This document shows positions 1 to 11,841 of a DNA stretch of 64,000 nt, piece after piece. Each line of letters begins with the position of its first letter. Position 1 is the first letter of the stretch. The DNA is from Heterodontus francisci (Eukaryota). The notes under the pieces are model-generated. The model made no database searches. It saw nothing but the letters and a program-made list of their open reading frames with translations, and was not told where the DNA came from. The translations under genes and the position numbers were made by a program. The stretch is taken from the NCBI RefSeq assembly GCF_036365525.1, contig NW_027141701.1, forward strand, positions 62,001-126,000, given 5' to 3'.

Positions 1-18
1 CTGTTTTTCTCTCCACAT

Positions 19-388
19 ATAGAAACCTATAAAATTCTAACAGGACTTGACAGGGTAGATACAGGAAGGATGTTCCCGATGGTGGGGGAGTCCAGAACCA
101 GGGGTCATAGTCTAAGGATACGGGATACACCTTTCAGGACTGAGATGCGGAGAAATTACTTCACTCAGAAAGTGGTGAGCCTGTAGAATTCGCTATCACA
201 GAAAGCAGTTGAGGCCAAAACATTGCATGTTTTCAAGAAGTTAGATTGGGGTGAAAGGGATCAAAGGATATGGGGGGAAAGCGGGAGCAGGTTATTGAGT
301 TGGATGATCAGCCATGATCATAATGAAGGGCGGAGCAGGCTCAAAGGGCTGAATGGCCTACTCCTGCTCCTATTTTCTATGTTTCTAT
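19..388 (+). mobile_element. CR1-clade (HER1-like) LINE 3' end, nested in a Penelope terminal remnant
   Basis: Typical CR1 3' UTR 'gatcagccatgatc...gggctgaatggcctactcctgctcct' with (ttctatg)n tail; flanks 1-18 and 389-440 join into 'ctctccaca-atgct..gacctgctgagtatttccagcattttctg'. Confidence 0.85.
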
Positions 389-653
389 ATGCTCTCTGAC
401 CTGCTGAGTATTTCCAGCATTTTCTGTTTCTATTTTATTTAAGGTGAATTGTATTTCACTAACTTGATTGAGTTTTATTGGTGAGATAACAGAGAGGGTT
501 GATAATGGTAATGTGGTTGATTGGTGTACATGGACTTGCAAAAAAGGGTGAATAAAGTGACACATAATAGGCCTGTCAGCAAAGTTAAAGCCTGTGAAAT
601 AAAAGGGACATTGACAGCATGGATAGTTGGCTGAGTGACAGGAAATAGAGAGT

Positions 654-979
654 ATTTATTTATTTTATTTAGCGATACAGCACTGAAACAGGCCCTTTGG
701 CCCACCGAGTCTGTGCCGACTAACAACCACCCATTTATACTAACCCGACAGTAATCCCATATTCCCTATCACCTCCCGACACGAGGGGCAATTTACAACG
801 GCCAATTTACCTATCACCTGCAAAACTTTTGGATGTGGGAGGAAACTGGAGCACCCGGCGAAAACCCACACAGACACAGGGAGAACTTGCAAACTCCGCA
901 CAGGCAGTACCCAGAATCGAACCCGGGTCCCTAGAGCTGTGAGGTTGCAGTGCTAACCACTGCGCCACTGTGCCGCCCA
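654..979 (-). mobile_element. tRNA-derived V-SINE (HE1-like)
   Basis: Minus strand reads 'gggcggcacagtggcgcagtggttagcac' (A box), 'gggttcgattc' (B box), V-domain 'gtgtgggtttt..gggtgctcc' and an (aaat)n tail; homologous to 23778-24128. Confidence 0.9.
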
Positions 980-1394
980 TTTGTGAATGGTTATACTTTG
1001 GATTGGAGGATGGTACATAGTGGAGTTCCCCAGGATCATTAGCAGGAGCACTGCTTTTATTAATCTATATTAATGACCTAAACTTGGTCAATGCACAATT
1101 TGAAAATTTGCAGATGACACAAACTTGGAAGTAGGGTGAACAGTGAGGACAATAGTGATATAGTCAAGCAGACATAGGCTGGTGGAATGGGCAGGCAACT
1201 GGCAGATTAAATTTAACACAGAAAAGTGAAAAGTGACATATTTTGGTCAGAAGCAGAGGCAATAGAAGAAACAGGATACAATTGTAAAGGGGGAGCAGGA
1301 GCAGCAGGACCTGGGGGTAAATGTGTACATATTGTTGAAGGTCCGAGGCATAGAGTACAAACGCAAAGAGGTTATGGTGAACCTTCATAAAACA

Positions 1395-1515
1395 AGAGTG
1401 AAATCCTGTGGATGCTGGAAATGTGGAATGAAAACAGAAAATGCTTGAAACACTTCGCAGGTGTGGTAGCATCTCAGGAGAGAGAAACAAAGTTAACATT
1501 TCTGACCTTTCATGA
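1395..1515 (-). mobile_element. Short Penelope-terminal-like insert with decayed hammerhead core and 16-bp TSD
   Basis: Reverse complement resembles 25494-25624; flanked by gaaccttcataaaaca (1379-1394) and gaacctttatgaaaca (1516-1531). Confidence 0.6.
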
Positions 1516-2053
1516 GAACCTTTATGAAACACTGGTTCGGCCTCAACTGGGATATTGTGTCCAATTCTGGGCGCCACACAGTAGGAGGAATGTGAAGGTG
1601 TTAGAGAGGGTGTAATAAAGATTTATCAGAATGGTTCCAAGGATGAGGGACTCAGTTACATGGATAGATTGGAGAAGCTGGGGCTGCTCTCTTTGGACAA
1701 GAGAAGGTTGTTCGGAGATTTGACATAAATGTTAAAAATAATGAGGAGTTTAGACAGAGTAGATAGGGAGAAACCTTTCCCATTGGTGGAAGGGTCAAGA
1801 ACGAGAGGATACTGATTTAAAGTGGATGGGAAATGAACCAAAGGTAACTTGTGGAAAAACGTTTGCAGCTAATAGTTAGGATCTGGAATGCACTGCATGA
1901 GAGTGTTGTGGAGGCAGAGTCATTAGTAGCTTTCAAAAGAGAATTGGATAATTATCTAAAGAGAAATCTGAAGTCCCAACACAGACACGATGAGCTGAAT
2001 TACCTCATTCTGTGCTGGACCATTCTGATTCTAAATCGCAGTTTCTGCATTCA

Positions 2054-2205
2054 GCCACAAGGTGGCACACACTCTCCCTAATTTGCATTGCAGAATTACT
2101 GAAATGTAACATGTATATTAAACCTCCAGTGGGTGCACCCACACACTTAATAGTAACACAACCTGATAACATGCACCTTGTATATTAAAACATCAGGTGG
2201 TGCAC
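2054..2205 (+). promoter_or_regulatory. Cluster of three CTCF-like motifs
   Basis: gccacaaggtggcac (2054), cctccagtgggtgc (2123), acatcaggtggtgc (2190), all in one orientation; the last two lie in a short local duplication. Confidence 0.3.
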
Positions 2206-2389
2206 ACTCACCATTACTGCTGCTGTACACATACTGGGATGCACTGTGCTCAATCAGTGTCCCCTTCCATTCAGCCCTGTGCTTATTCTCACTCCTGCCA
2301 TCTCTCAGTAGCTGCAAGTCCCTGAATGAGTATATTTCATCATTCTCTGCATTGCTCCTGCTACTTTCCTCAAATCCTCTCTCACTGGA

Positions 2390-3062
2390 TGAAAACAGTG
2401 ATTTGAGGTGAAAGGCTGTATTTCAGACTGGAGCATATTCGACAGTGGTGTTCCATTACAGTCAGTGTTAGATCTACTAATTGTTTTGATATATTATACA
2501 TATCAAGGGGAGAGCCAACTGTGCAACAGCCCCAACAAACAAATTTCTCTGCAGCACCTGTGGAAGAGTCACTCCAGAATTGGCCTTTATAGCCACTCCA
2601 GGCGCTGCTTCACAAACCACTGACCACCTCCAGGCGCGTATCCATTGTCTCTCGAGATAAGGAGGCCCAAAAGAGAAAGAAAAAGAAAGAATATTATACA
2701 TATAATTGACATGGATATTGGAATGCAGAGTAACATTTGAAAATGTGCTGGTGATATCAAACTTGAAGTTGTGATAAACAGTGAGGATGATACAAATCAA
2801 CTGCAACAGGACATTGATAGGCTAGCAGAGTGGGAAGATGAGTGCCAGATGGAATTTAATATAGAGCAGTGTGAATTGATACATTTTGGCAGAAGGGATA
2901 GGGAAAGGTAATATAGACTTAATGACACATTTCTAAAGCATGTGCAAGAACAGACGGACATGGGGATTCATGTGTATAGATCTTTGAAAGTGACAGGGCA
3001 TATTGAGCAGTAATTATCAACACCTCTGGGATTTTGGGCTTCATAAACAGAGGTATTGAGTG
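2390..3062 (+). mobile_element. Degenerate CR1 RT fragment
   Basis: 'SGVPLQSVLDLL' (decayed GVPQGSVLGP) and 'LQQDIDRLAEW...QMEFN' remnants. Confidence 0.75.
2503..2692 (+). mobile_element. RTE-clade LINE 3' fragment
   Basis: Closely matches 21402-21595 ('HSRIGLYSHSRRC', 'ccattgtctctcgaga', AAG/AAAG tail). Confidence 0.85.
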
Positions 3063-3063
3063 T

Positions 3064-4465
3064 GGGGGAGGTGGTGTAGTGGTAATGTCACTGGACTAGC
3101 AATCCTGAGGCCCAGGCTAATGCTCTGGGGACATGGCTTCAAATCCCACCATGGCAGCTGGTGGAATTTAAATACAATGAATCAATGTGGAATTTAGAAA
3201 AAAGCTAGTCTCAGTAATGGTGACCATGAAACCATTGTCGATTGTTGTAAACACCCATCTGGTTCACTAATGTCCTTCAGGGAAGGAAATCTGCTGCTCT
3301 GAGCCAGTCTGGCCTACATGTGACTCCAGACAAACAATAATGTGGTTGACTCTTAAACACCCTCTGAAATGGCCGACTCAGTTGTACCTAACCGCGAGAG
3401 AAAAGTCTAAAAAGGAATGAAACCAGACAGACCACCCAGCATTGACCAAGACATCGGAAATGACAACAGCACATCCAGCCCTGTCGACCCTGCAAAGTCC
3501 TCCTTACTAACATCTGGGGGCTTGTGCCAAAGTTGGGAGAGCTGTCCCACAGACTAATCGAGCAACAGCCTGACACAGTCATACTCACGGAATCATACCT
3601 AACAGACAATGTCCAGGACATGACCATCACCATCCCTGGGTACTTTCTGTCCCACTGGCAGGACAGACCCACCAGAGGTGATGGCACAGTGGTATCCAGT
3701 CAGGAGGGAGTTGCCCTGGGAGTCATCAACATCGACTCCAGACCCCATGAAGTTTCATGGCATCAGGTCAAATATGGGCAAGGAAACCTCCTGCTGATTA
3801 CCACCTACCGCCCCCCACTCAGCTGATGAGTCATTACTCCTCCATGTTGAACACCAATTGGAAGGAGCACTGAGGGTGGAAAGGGTGCAGAATATACTCT
3901 GGGTGGGAGACTTCAATGCACATCACCAAAAATGGCTTGGTAGCACCATCACTGACCCAGCTGGCCGAGTCCTAAAGGACACAGCTGCTAGACTGGGTCT
4001 GCAGCAGGTGGTGAGGGAACCAACAAGAGGGCAAAGCCAACTTGACCTCGTCATCATCAATCTATCTGTTGCAAATGCATCTGTCCATGACAGTATTGGT
4101 AGGAGTGACCACTGCACAGTCCTTGTGGAGACAATGTCTTGTCTTCACATTGAGGATACCCTCCATCGTGTTGTGTGACACTACCACTGTACTAAATGGG
4201 ATAGATTTCAAACAGATCTAGCAACTTAAAACTGGGCTTCCTTGAGGTGCTGTGGGCCATCAGCAACAGCAGAATTGTACTCAACCACAAGCTGTAACCT
4301 CATGGCCCGGCATATCCCCCACTCCACCATTACCAACAAGCTGGGGGACCAATCCTGGTTCAATGAAGATTGCAGGAGTACATGGCAAGAGCAGCACCAG
4401 GCATATCTCAAATGCTGGCCTAGTCAGCGACACCCACAATACCACGAACAAATAATTTAAAAAAT
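3064..4465 (+). mobile_element. Internally deleted CR1/L2-type LINE with tRNA-like head and APE endonuclease
   Basis: Head 'ggtggtgtagtggtaatg...ttcaaatccc'; APE motifs 'PDTVILTESYL', 'YRPP', 'VGDFNAH', 'LDLVI', 'SDH'; ends in shared tail 'aaatgctggcctagtcagcgacacccaca'. Confidence 0.85.
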
Positions 4466-4469
4466 CAGT

Positions 4470-5725
4470 CCTCACAGGTTAACCCTTGTAGCTTCAGTAT
4501 TATTCTGGTGAATAAGTGCTGCACCCCATCCTAAGCTAATACATCATTCTTGAGGTGTAGGGTCCAGAACTGAATACATCACTCTCAATGGGGTCTTCCT
4601 TTGCCTGTTTTAGTATACACGGATGCAATTCATCCAGTTTCCAGAATTTATCATCTCTAGGTTTTACTGCTATCCCCTCCTTTCTGTTTTAAATGTTTTA
4701 ATATCTACCTGTAATGATGTCAAATCCACCTTGTTAGTCCAGCTGGTAAAACTGAGGCAAAGTAATTCTCCAATCTTTCTGCCATCTCTCCTCATTACCT
4801 GTGAGTTTTTCCTGTGCAGCCGACATTGACTTTATCCCTATTCGGATTTACCTTTCTGTTATTTATGTGTCTGTAGGATATTTTAATATTTCTTTTTATA
4901 TTTCTTCAGAATTTAATTTCACAGTTTCTCTTTGTTTTACTTTTTGAACATGTTCCCTAACCTCCTGATTTTGGTTTTTGTCATCCTCTCCCTTATTCTC
5001 AATATACTTATTACCTGCCTTTGACTTTCATTTCAGTTTCACACTTATCCCTTTTTTCATTTATGTTGTTTCATGATTTGTTTAATTGGTTCTTGTTTTA
5101 GTGGAATTTTCGATCCCCTTTTTACATATTTCCCACTGCTAATCTATCTTTGTTCATCAATATACTGTTCCAGTTTATTTTCACAACTTCCATTTTCATC
5201 CCCCCAGTCAGCGTTTTACATTCTATTATTTTTTGCCTTTTCTTAGTTACATCTTTCTCAAACATTCCCTTAAACTATATTCTGTTCTGATTGATATTCC
5301 AATGAGTTTCCCTGAAATCTCCAACTTTTATCTGCTCTGGTGCATTTTATATTGTTAGATCCATCAGTGATTCCTCTCTTGTTTGGGCTTCTTATGTACT
5401 GGGTAAGAAAGATGTCCGGAACACAGGGAAACTGCTCCATTCCCTTTTATCCCCTTTTCCTTCCTCTTCCTGACAGATTATTTGCTATGAAATATTCCAT
5501 GATTATGATGCTATGAATTTTACTTGTTTCATAGCTTTGTATATTTTCCTTTCGATCTCTTCCACTATTAGGTGGTCTGTAGAATAACCTTTGTTACATT
5601 ATTTAACCTGACTGGATCCACATTCCTCTGAGGTATCTATGTCCTATATGGAAATGTCTTTATAAGATCAGCAGCAATTGCTTGCCAATTACTCAAATGT
5701 TTAAGATAAATTTGGAAACTGACCA
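4470..5725 (-). mobile_element. Old CR1 deletion derivative, copy 1
   Basis: 'ggtccagaactg' (VQFW region) joined to EN/linker-derived sequence; colinear with 6600-7822. Confidence 0.65.
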
Positions 5726-5809
5726 AATAGCTTCAGTTACAAAGACAGGTTGTCAGAAATAAGGAAAAACAAGGTCCAGAAGATTTACAGAGTGGAGCAC
5801 ATTGCAGGT

Positions 5810-7822
5810 ATATGAACATTAGATATAGGAGCAGGAGTAGGCCACTCGGCCATTGGAACTTGCTCCACCAGTTCATATGTTTTTGGCTGATCTGTTACCT
5901 TCATTCCACCTTCACACACCATCTCCATATCCCTTAATCCCTCATTGTCTAAAAATCAATCAATCTCTGCTTTGAATATACTCAATGTCTGAGCATCCAC
6001 AGTCCTCTGGGGTAGAGAATTCCAGATCCAAAACCCTTTGGGGGAAGAAATTCCTCCTCATCTTAGTCCTACGTGGTTGACCCTTATTCAGAGACTGTGT
6101 CTCCTACTTCTAGACTCTACAGCTAGTGTATATACATCAGCAGGTGGATATGTCACTGCAAGATGAAACGTGATAAAATGAGTTTATGAAGAGGACTGGG
6201 TGAGATGGGAGGCAGAGCTGCTTGCGAGTACAGAAGGAAAGGCAATTTCCCCTCCAGTTTAACAGCAAAATCTTGCCGGACTCGAAGCCACTGATGAGGC
6301 CTGGCACATTCACAGATCATTTAAAAAACTGGGAGTGTAGATGCTGCATCAGCTCATACAGTATATTCAGTATGGAATAATATATCTTAGAATGTATTCA
6401 GAATACAGGCTGGGATTGTGTGTATATTGTGTTGGGAGAAAGGGAGCAAAGAAGAATATTCGGGATAAGCTGCCAGAGGAATTAGTTTCCCTCTACCTAT
6501 CCAATCTAATCCTTTTAATCCTCAGAGACCCTTGAAAATATCACCCCTTAATCTTCGATAGTCAAGGAGATGCAAGGCAAGTCTGTAAAAACTATCATTA
6601 TTTAAACCTTTCAGCCCTATCTTCATTCTGGTGAATGTGTGTTTCACCCCCTCCAAATCTAAAACATCATTCTTTAGGTGTTAGGTCCAGAACTGTATGT
6701 GATGCTCTCAATGGAGTCTTCCATTGACCGATGCAGATGTAACTCATCCAGTTCCAAGAGTTTATTTTCTCTAATATTTACTGGTATCCTGTCCTTTCTA
6801 TTCTATATATTTTAATATCTATTTGTAATGCTGTCTAGTTCACATTGTTAGTCCAGCTGGTAAAAACTGAGGCAAACTAATGAACTCTATCATTACCTGT
6901 GAGTTGTTCTTGTACATCCTTCAGTGACTCTGTCCCTATTCTGAATTCCCTTTTATTATTTATATGTGTCTGTTTGGTACTTTCATATTTTTCATATTCC
7001 TTGACTATTTATATTTTCTGCTGTTCTTTGCCTTCATAATTTTTTGACTTCATTCCTAATCTCTTTGATTTCACTATTTGTCATCCTCTCCTTTATTGCT
7101 AATATATTAGGTACATGATTTTTACTTTAGTTTCAATTTTGTACTTATCCCTTTATTCGTCCCTAGTGATTCATAAAAGGCCAATCTGTTCTTTTTGAGT
7201 GGAATATATTTCTGCTGAAGTTTATTGATCACCTTTTTAATAATTCTCCAGCACTGTTCTCTCTCTTTGTTAATATTCTGTTCCAGTTAATCTTCACCAG
7301 TTGCAATTTCAACCCCCAAAAATCAGCTTTTTCTAATCTATTATTTTTGGCTTTTCTTACTGATATCGATCTGAATCATTGCCTTAAAGCTTATTATGTT
7401 GTCATTGATATTGCCTCAATTCTCACCCAAGTTTACTTTTCATATCTGCTCTGGTTTATTTTCAGTGACTGGATCCACCCTTGGTGAACTTTGATCTACT
7501 GGGTAGGAATTGTGTCCTGAACACACTGTAAATACTCCATTACCTTTTCCCCTTTCTCTACATCTTCTTCCCACATCATTGCTGGAGTTGACATTTCCCA
7601 TGATTTTTCTGCTATAAATTTTACTTATTTCAGAGCTTTGCTACATAATTTCCACGAATCCCCTTCTACTATTAGGTAGTTTGTACAATGGCCTTTTCCC
7701 TGTTTTTTAACCTAACTGTGATCCACACTCCCCGAGGCATTTGTGCCCAATATGGAAATACACTCAGCACATCAGCAGCAACTGGCTGACAATTATTCAA
7801 ACATTTAAGATGAATTTGGAAG
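5810..7822 (-). mobile_element. Old CR1 deletion derivative, copy 2, including the 3' UTR
   Basis: CR1 tail 'ataggagcaggagtaggcca' near 5825; 6600-7822 colinear with 4480-5720; unrelated sequence at about 6130-6480. Confidence 0.65.
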
Positions 7823-8232
7823 TTATTTTTTATTCATTCATGGGATGTGGGCATCGCTGGCCAGGCCAGCATTTATTGCCCATCCCTAATTACCCTTGAG
7901 AAGGTGGTGTGGTTGTGGCTTTCTTGAACTGCTGCAGTCAATGTGGGGTAGGTGCACCCACAGTGATGTTAGGCATTCCTTTTTATTGACTTCGTAGCGG
8001 TTAGATACAACTGAGTGACTTGCTAGGCCATTTCAGAGGCCATGTAAGAGTTAACCACATTGCTGTGGGTCTGGAGTCACATGTAGGCCAGACCAGGTAA
8101 GAACAGCAGATTTCATTCCCTAAAGGACATTAGTGACCCAGATGGGTTTTTACAACAATTGACAATGGTTTCATGGTCATCATTAGATTCCAGATTCAGA
8201 AATTAAATTCAAATTTCACCATCTGCTATGTA
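7823..8232 (-). mobile_element. Bipartite SINE-like derivative of the tRNA-headed LINE (head truncated)
   Basis: Central 'gggaa.gaaatctgc...ctggcctacatgtgactccagaccc' domain, a short piece of the LINE start, and tail 'gggcaataaatgctggcctggccagcgatgcccacatcccatgaatgaataaaaa'. Confidence 0.85.
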
Positions 8233-8244
8233 GGGAAGTAAAGA

Positions 8245-10275
8245 CAGGGCTCACCGCAGTCCCGCTCGGTCTTCAGGAGAAAAGCCTCCAGCATGTGTAC
8301 TCCTTCCGCCGCCAGTTATTTATGCAGCTGGTGTGGGAGGAGGTCACAGATGGCCATTTCAATGTAGAGTACCAGGGGAAGACCTACCGAATCTTCTGGT
8401 CCGTGGACGGGGTGCAGTGCCATGTCTGCAAGGGGGTGGGGAATGTTTGTAAGAAATGCCCCAACCTCCCGGCTACCAACTCCACCTCGGCGGCCCAGGG
8501 TGGCACCGCTGCACCTCCTCCCACTCCCCCTACACCTCCTAAAGATTCCGCTCAGTCGGTTCCAGATGCTGTGGTTTTCACGGCCTCCGGTGGGGTGGGG
8601 GGGCGGTGTGCCCGTCCGAGTGGAAGGAAGGCGTGGAGGAAAATTAAACACCGAGAAGTGCGTCCCCTGGACACCATGACACAACCCGAGCCTCGGCTCA
8701 GCTCAAGGCCCGCTCACGGGAAATCCACCTGCCCCAGGGCTGGGCTCAGGCCCAGGGTGACCAGGCAAAAGGAGGTTGTGGAGGCGAAGGCCCCTGATGA
8801 CGTGGAGGTCTCTGAGCCTCTGCACCCCAGTAGGAAAAAGAGGAGAAGGCACCCCTCAATGGAGGTAAATCAGGGCCCTGTGGAGCAGGGACCATCTGTT
8901 GGAGGGGAGCTGTCTCCTGGTTCAGGTCCCCAGGTTCCCCCTGCCACCACCACCATCAAGGCTGTAAAGCCTGGGCAGGAGCTCCCTGGCCCTCAGGATG
9001 GAGGGGAGGGGGAAGCTCCTGTACATGCAGCCCCTCCTGAAGGAGCAAGTGGAGCCCTGCTTGTGGTGGGGGAGCCTGGGGACGTCTCCCTTTCTGTCAC
9101 TGGGTCGGGTGTCCGGAATGGAGAGGAGGACAAGGCCCCAAAGGGTCGGCACTCCCAGCCGAAATCCACACTCAATCAGGACATGCCAGACCCAGTGATA
9201 GTTGAAAATGATGCCCCGTCTGCTGGGCCTGTGGACACAGGCAGGGCAGGAGATGACATCCTCTCTCCACCTCTGGTCTCGGCTCCGGCTGTATTTCTGG
9301 AGTCGGGAACTTCCGTCTCCCCTGGAACGCTCATTGGCCTGGGGACGGAGTGGAGGGGGGTCCTGAACCATTGGCGCCCAAAGGCTCCAGTGTCACAGTA
9401 GAACCCAGAGAGGACTCCTCCGCCATCGATCCTGGGGGTGGGATCGTGACAGAGGCGGAACCAGCTGGCTCAGCAGGATGTCCGTTCCACACTGTGTAAT
9501 GGGTGTGTCGGCCACTGGCGGTGACGACCCAGAGGAGGATAGGGACTCGATGTGGGGCACGGAGGACTATCTTGATTCCATCACCAGTGAGGTGATGGAG
9601 TCCCTCGTGCCTCCCACTGAGTCTCCTCTCATCCCCACAGCGAAACTCCGAGATTTTCTCGCAGCATGCAGGGGTTGCCGCAATAAAGTTAAGCTGGCCC
9701 TCGGCCGTTGGTTGAATCTGGCGCTATTCATCCGGTCTGTCCGTGCCACCCTCCAGAAAGTGGGGAAGGGCACGGGCATGAAACTGGTTGAGAGGCGCCG
9801 GTTTAAAGCGTTCCTCAATGGGTTGCAGGAGGAGTGGAGGGCCAGGTGCACTTCCACTGCCTCCTCACAGTGAGGTGTTGGTGATGGTTTTTAACTACCT
9901 TTGACATGAAGATAACCATAGCCAGCCTCAACATCAATGGCAGCAGGGGGTCTCACCGCAGATTTCACAATCTCTCAGTCCTCAGGGAAGGGAGATACGC
10001 AGTGAGCTTTCTGCAGGAAATCCACACCGTTCCGGGAGACGTAGCCACCTGGCCCCTGGAGTGGCAGGGTGGGGTCTGCATGAGTCACCTCACCCCTATT
10101 TCTAGTGGGGTGGCTATCTTGTTGGCCCCGACTTTTCAGCCAGGAATCTTGGGGGTCAAGGAGCTGGTGCTGGGCTGCTTGCTCCACCTCGCTGTTCGCC
10201 TGGGGAGTGTGCCGCTCCACTATGTGAAACTGTACGCGCCCAGGCCCGGAGCATTGCAAGTGCGCTTCTTTGAAC
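8245..10275 (+). mobile_element. Tx1 (L1-clade) LINE 5' part: ORF1 plus start of ORF2 endonuclease
   Basis: ORF1 'HVYSFRRQLFM' and decayed zinc knuckle 'CHVCKGVGNVCKKC'; ORF2 at 9906 'MKITIASLNING...FLQEIH...SGVAILL...YAP'. Confidence 0.9.
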
Positions 10276-11247
10276 ACTGTGATACCAACCCCTGGTCTAT
10301 CATCTCTCTGTGTTTATAAACACTGAGTGTACATCACCCTGTGTTCACACTGTGAGGCCTCCCCTGGTCGATCATCTCTCTGTGTTTGTAAACACTGAGT
10401 GCACATCACCCTGTGTTCACACTGTGAGGCCTCCCCTGGTCTATCATCTCTCTGTGTTTATAAACACTGAGTGCACATCACCCTGTGTTCACACTGTGAG
10501 GCCTCCCCTGGTCTATCATCTCTCTGTGTTTATAAACATTGAGTGTACATCACCCTGTGTTCGCACAGTGAGGCCTCCCCTGGTCGATCATCTCTCTGTG
10601 TTTGTAAACACTGAGTGCACATCACCCTGTGTTCGCACTGTGAGGCCTCCCCTGGTCTATCATCTCTCTGTGTTTGTAAACACTGAGTGCACATCACCCT
10701 GTGTTCGCACTGTGAGGCCTCCCCTGGTCGATCATCTCTCTGTGTTTGTAAACACTGAGTGCACATCACCCTGTGTTCGCACTGTGAGGCCTCCCCTGGT
10801 CTATCATCTCTCTGTGTTTATAAACACTGAGTGCACATCACCCTGTGTTCGCACTGTGAGGCCTCCCCTTGTCGATCATCTCTCTGTGTTTGTAAACACT
10901 GAGTGCACATCACCCTGTGTTCGCACTGTGAGGCCTCCCCTGGTCTATCATCTTTCTGCGTTTATAAACACTGAGTGTACATCACACAGTGTTCACACTG
11001 TGAGGCCACCCCTGGTCTATCATCTCTCTGTGTTTATAAACACGGAGTGTACATCACCCTGTGTTCACACTGTGAGGTCTCCCCTGGTCGATTATCTCTC
11101 TGTGTTTATAAACACTGAGTGTACATCACCCTGTGTTCACACTGTGAGGTCTCCCCTGGTCGATCATCTCTCTGTGTTTATAAACACTAAGTGTACATCA
11201 CCCTGTGTTCACACTGTGAGGTCTCCCCTGGTCGATCATCTCTCTGT
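10276..11247. repeat. 72-bp minisatellite, about 13.5 copies (diverged copies also at 11640-11841)
   Basis: Unit aaacactgagtgcacatcaccctgtgttcgcactgtgaggcctcccctggtctatcatctctctgtgtttat; 24-aa periodicity in ORF 10310..11353. Confidence 0.95.
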
Positions 11248-11633
11248 TTTTATTTATTTATATTTTTGTGGGATGTGGGTATCACTGACTAGACCAGCAT
11301 TTATTGTTGTTGTACTGAGTGTCTTGCTGGGCCATTTCATTGGGCATTTATAATTCAACCACATTGCGGTGGGTCTGGAGTCACATGTCAGCCAGACCGA
11401 GTAAGGACGGCAGATTTCCTTCTGTAAAGGACATTAGTGAACCAAATGGGTTTTTATAACAATCGATAATGGTTTCATGGTCACCATTAGACCAGCTTTT
11501 AATTCCAGATTTATAAATTGAATTTAAACTTCACCATCTGTCATGGTGGGATTCGAACCCCATGCCTCCAGAGCATTAGCCTGGTCTCTGGATTACTAGT
11601 CCAGTGACATAACCACTACACCACCACCTCCCT
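11248..11633 (-). mobile_element. Full tRNA-headed SINE of the same family as 7823-8232
   Basis: Minus strand: 'ggtggtggtgtagtggttatg...ggttcgaatccc' head, central domain, tail 'aataaatgctggtctagtcagtgatacccacatccc'. Confidence 0.85.
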
Positions 11634-11841
11634 CATTTATGTGTATGTTTATAAACATTGTGTATATTTCACACTGTGTTCACACAGTGAGGCCTCCCCC
11701 AGTCCATCATCTCTGTGTTGATAAACAGTGAAGTGCATTGCACTGTTTGCTCGCACTGTGAGGCCTCCCCCAGTCCATCATCTCTGTGTTGATAAACAGT
11801 GAAGTGCATTGCACTGTGTGCTCGCACTGTGAGGCCTCCCC

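Larger units (their letters stand above)
485..2035 (+). mobile_element. Degenerate CR1 LINE, RT to 3' end, interrupted by two insertions
   Basis: Remnants of GVPQGS and KFADDTKLG; 'LYETLVRPQLGYCVQFWAPH' in ORF 1412..1615; 'VRIWNAL...AFKRELD' in ORF 1851..2081. Confidence 0.85.

Noticed and set aside
3064-3155. tRNA genes (also at about 900-979, 11540-11633, 17570-17657, 23778-23860)
   Set aside because: SINE/LINE heads with A/B boxes, continuous with repeat bodies; no intact cloverleaf evident.
10310-11353. 347-aa Cys/His-periodic ORF resembling a zinc-finger protein
   Set aside because: Translation of a 72-bp minisatellite; lacks C2H2 spacing and linkers.
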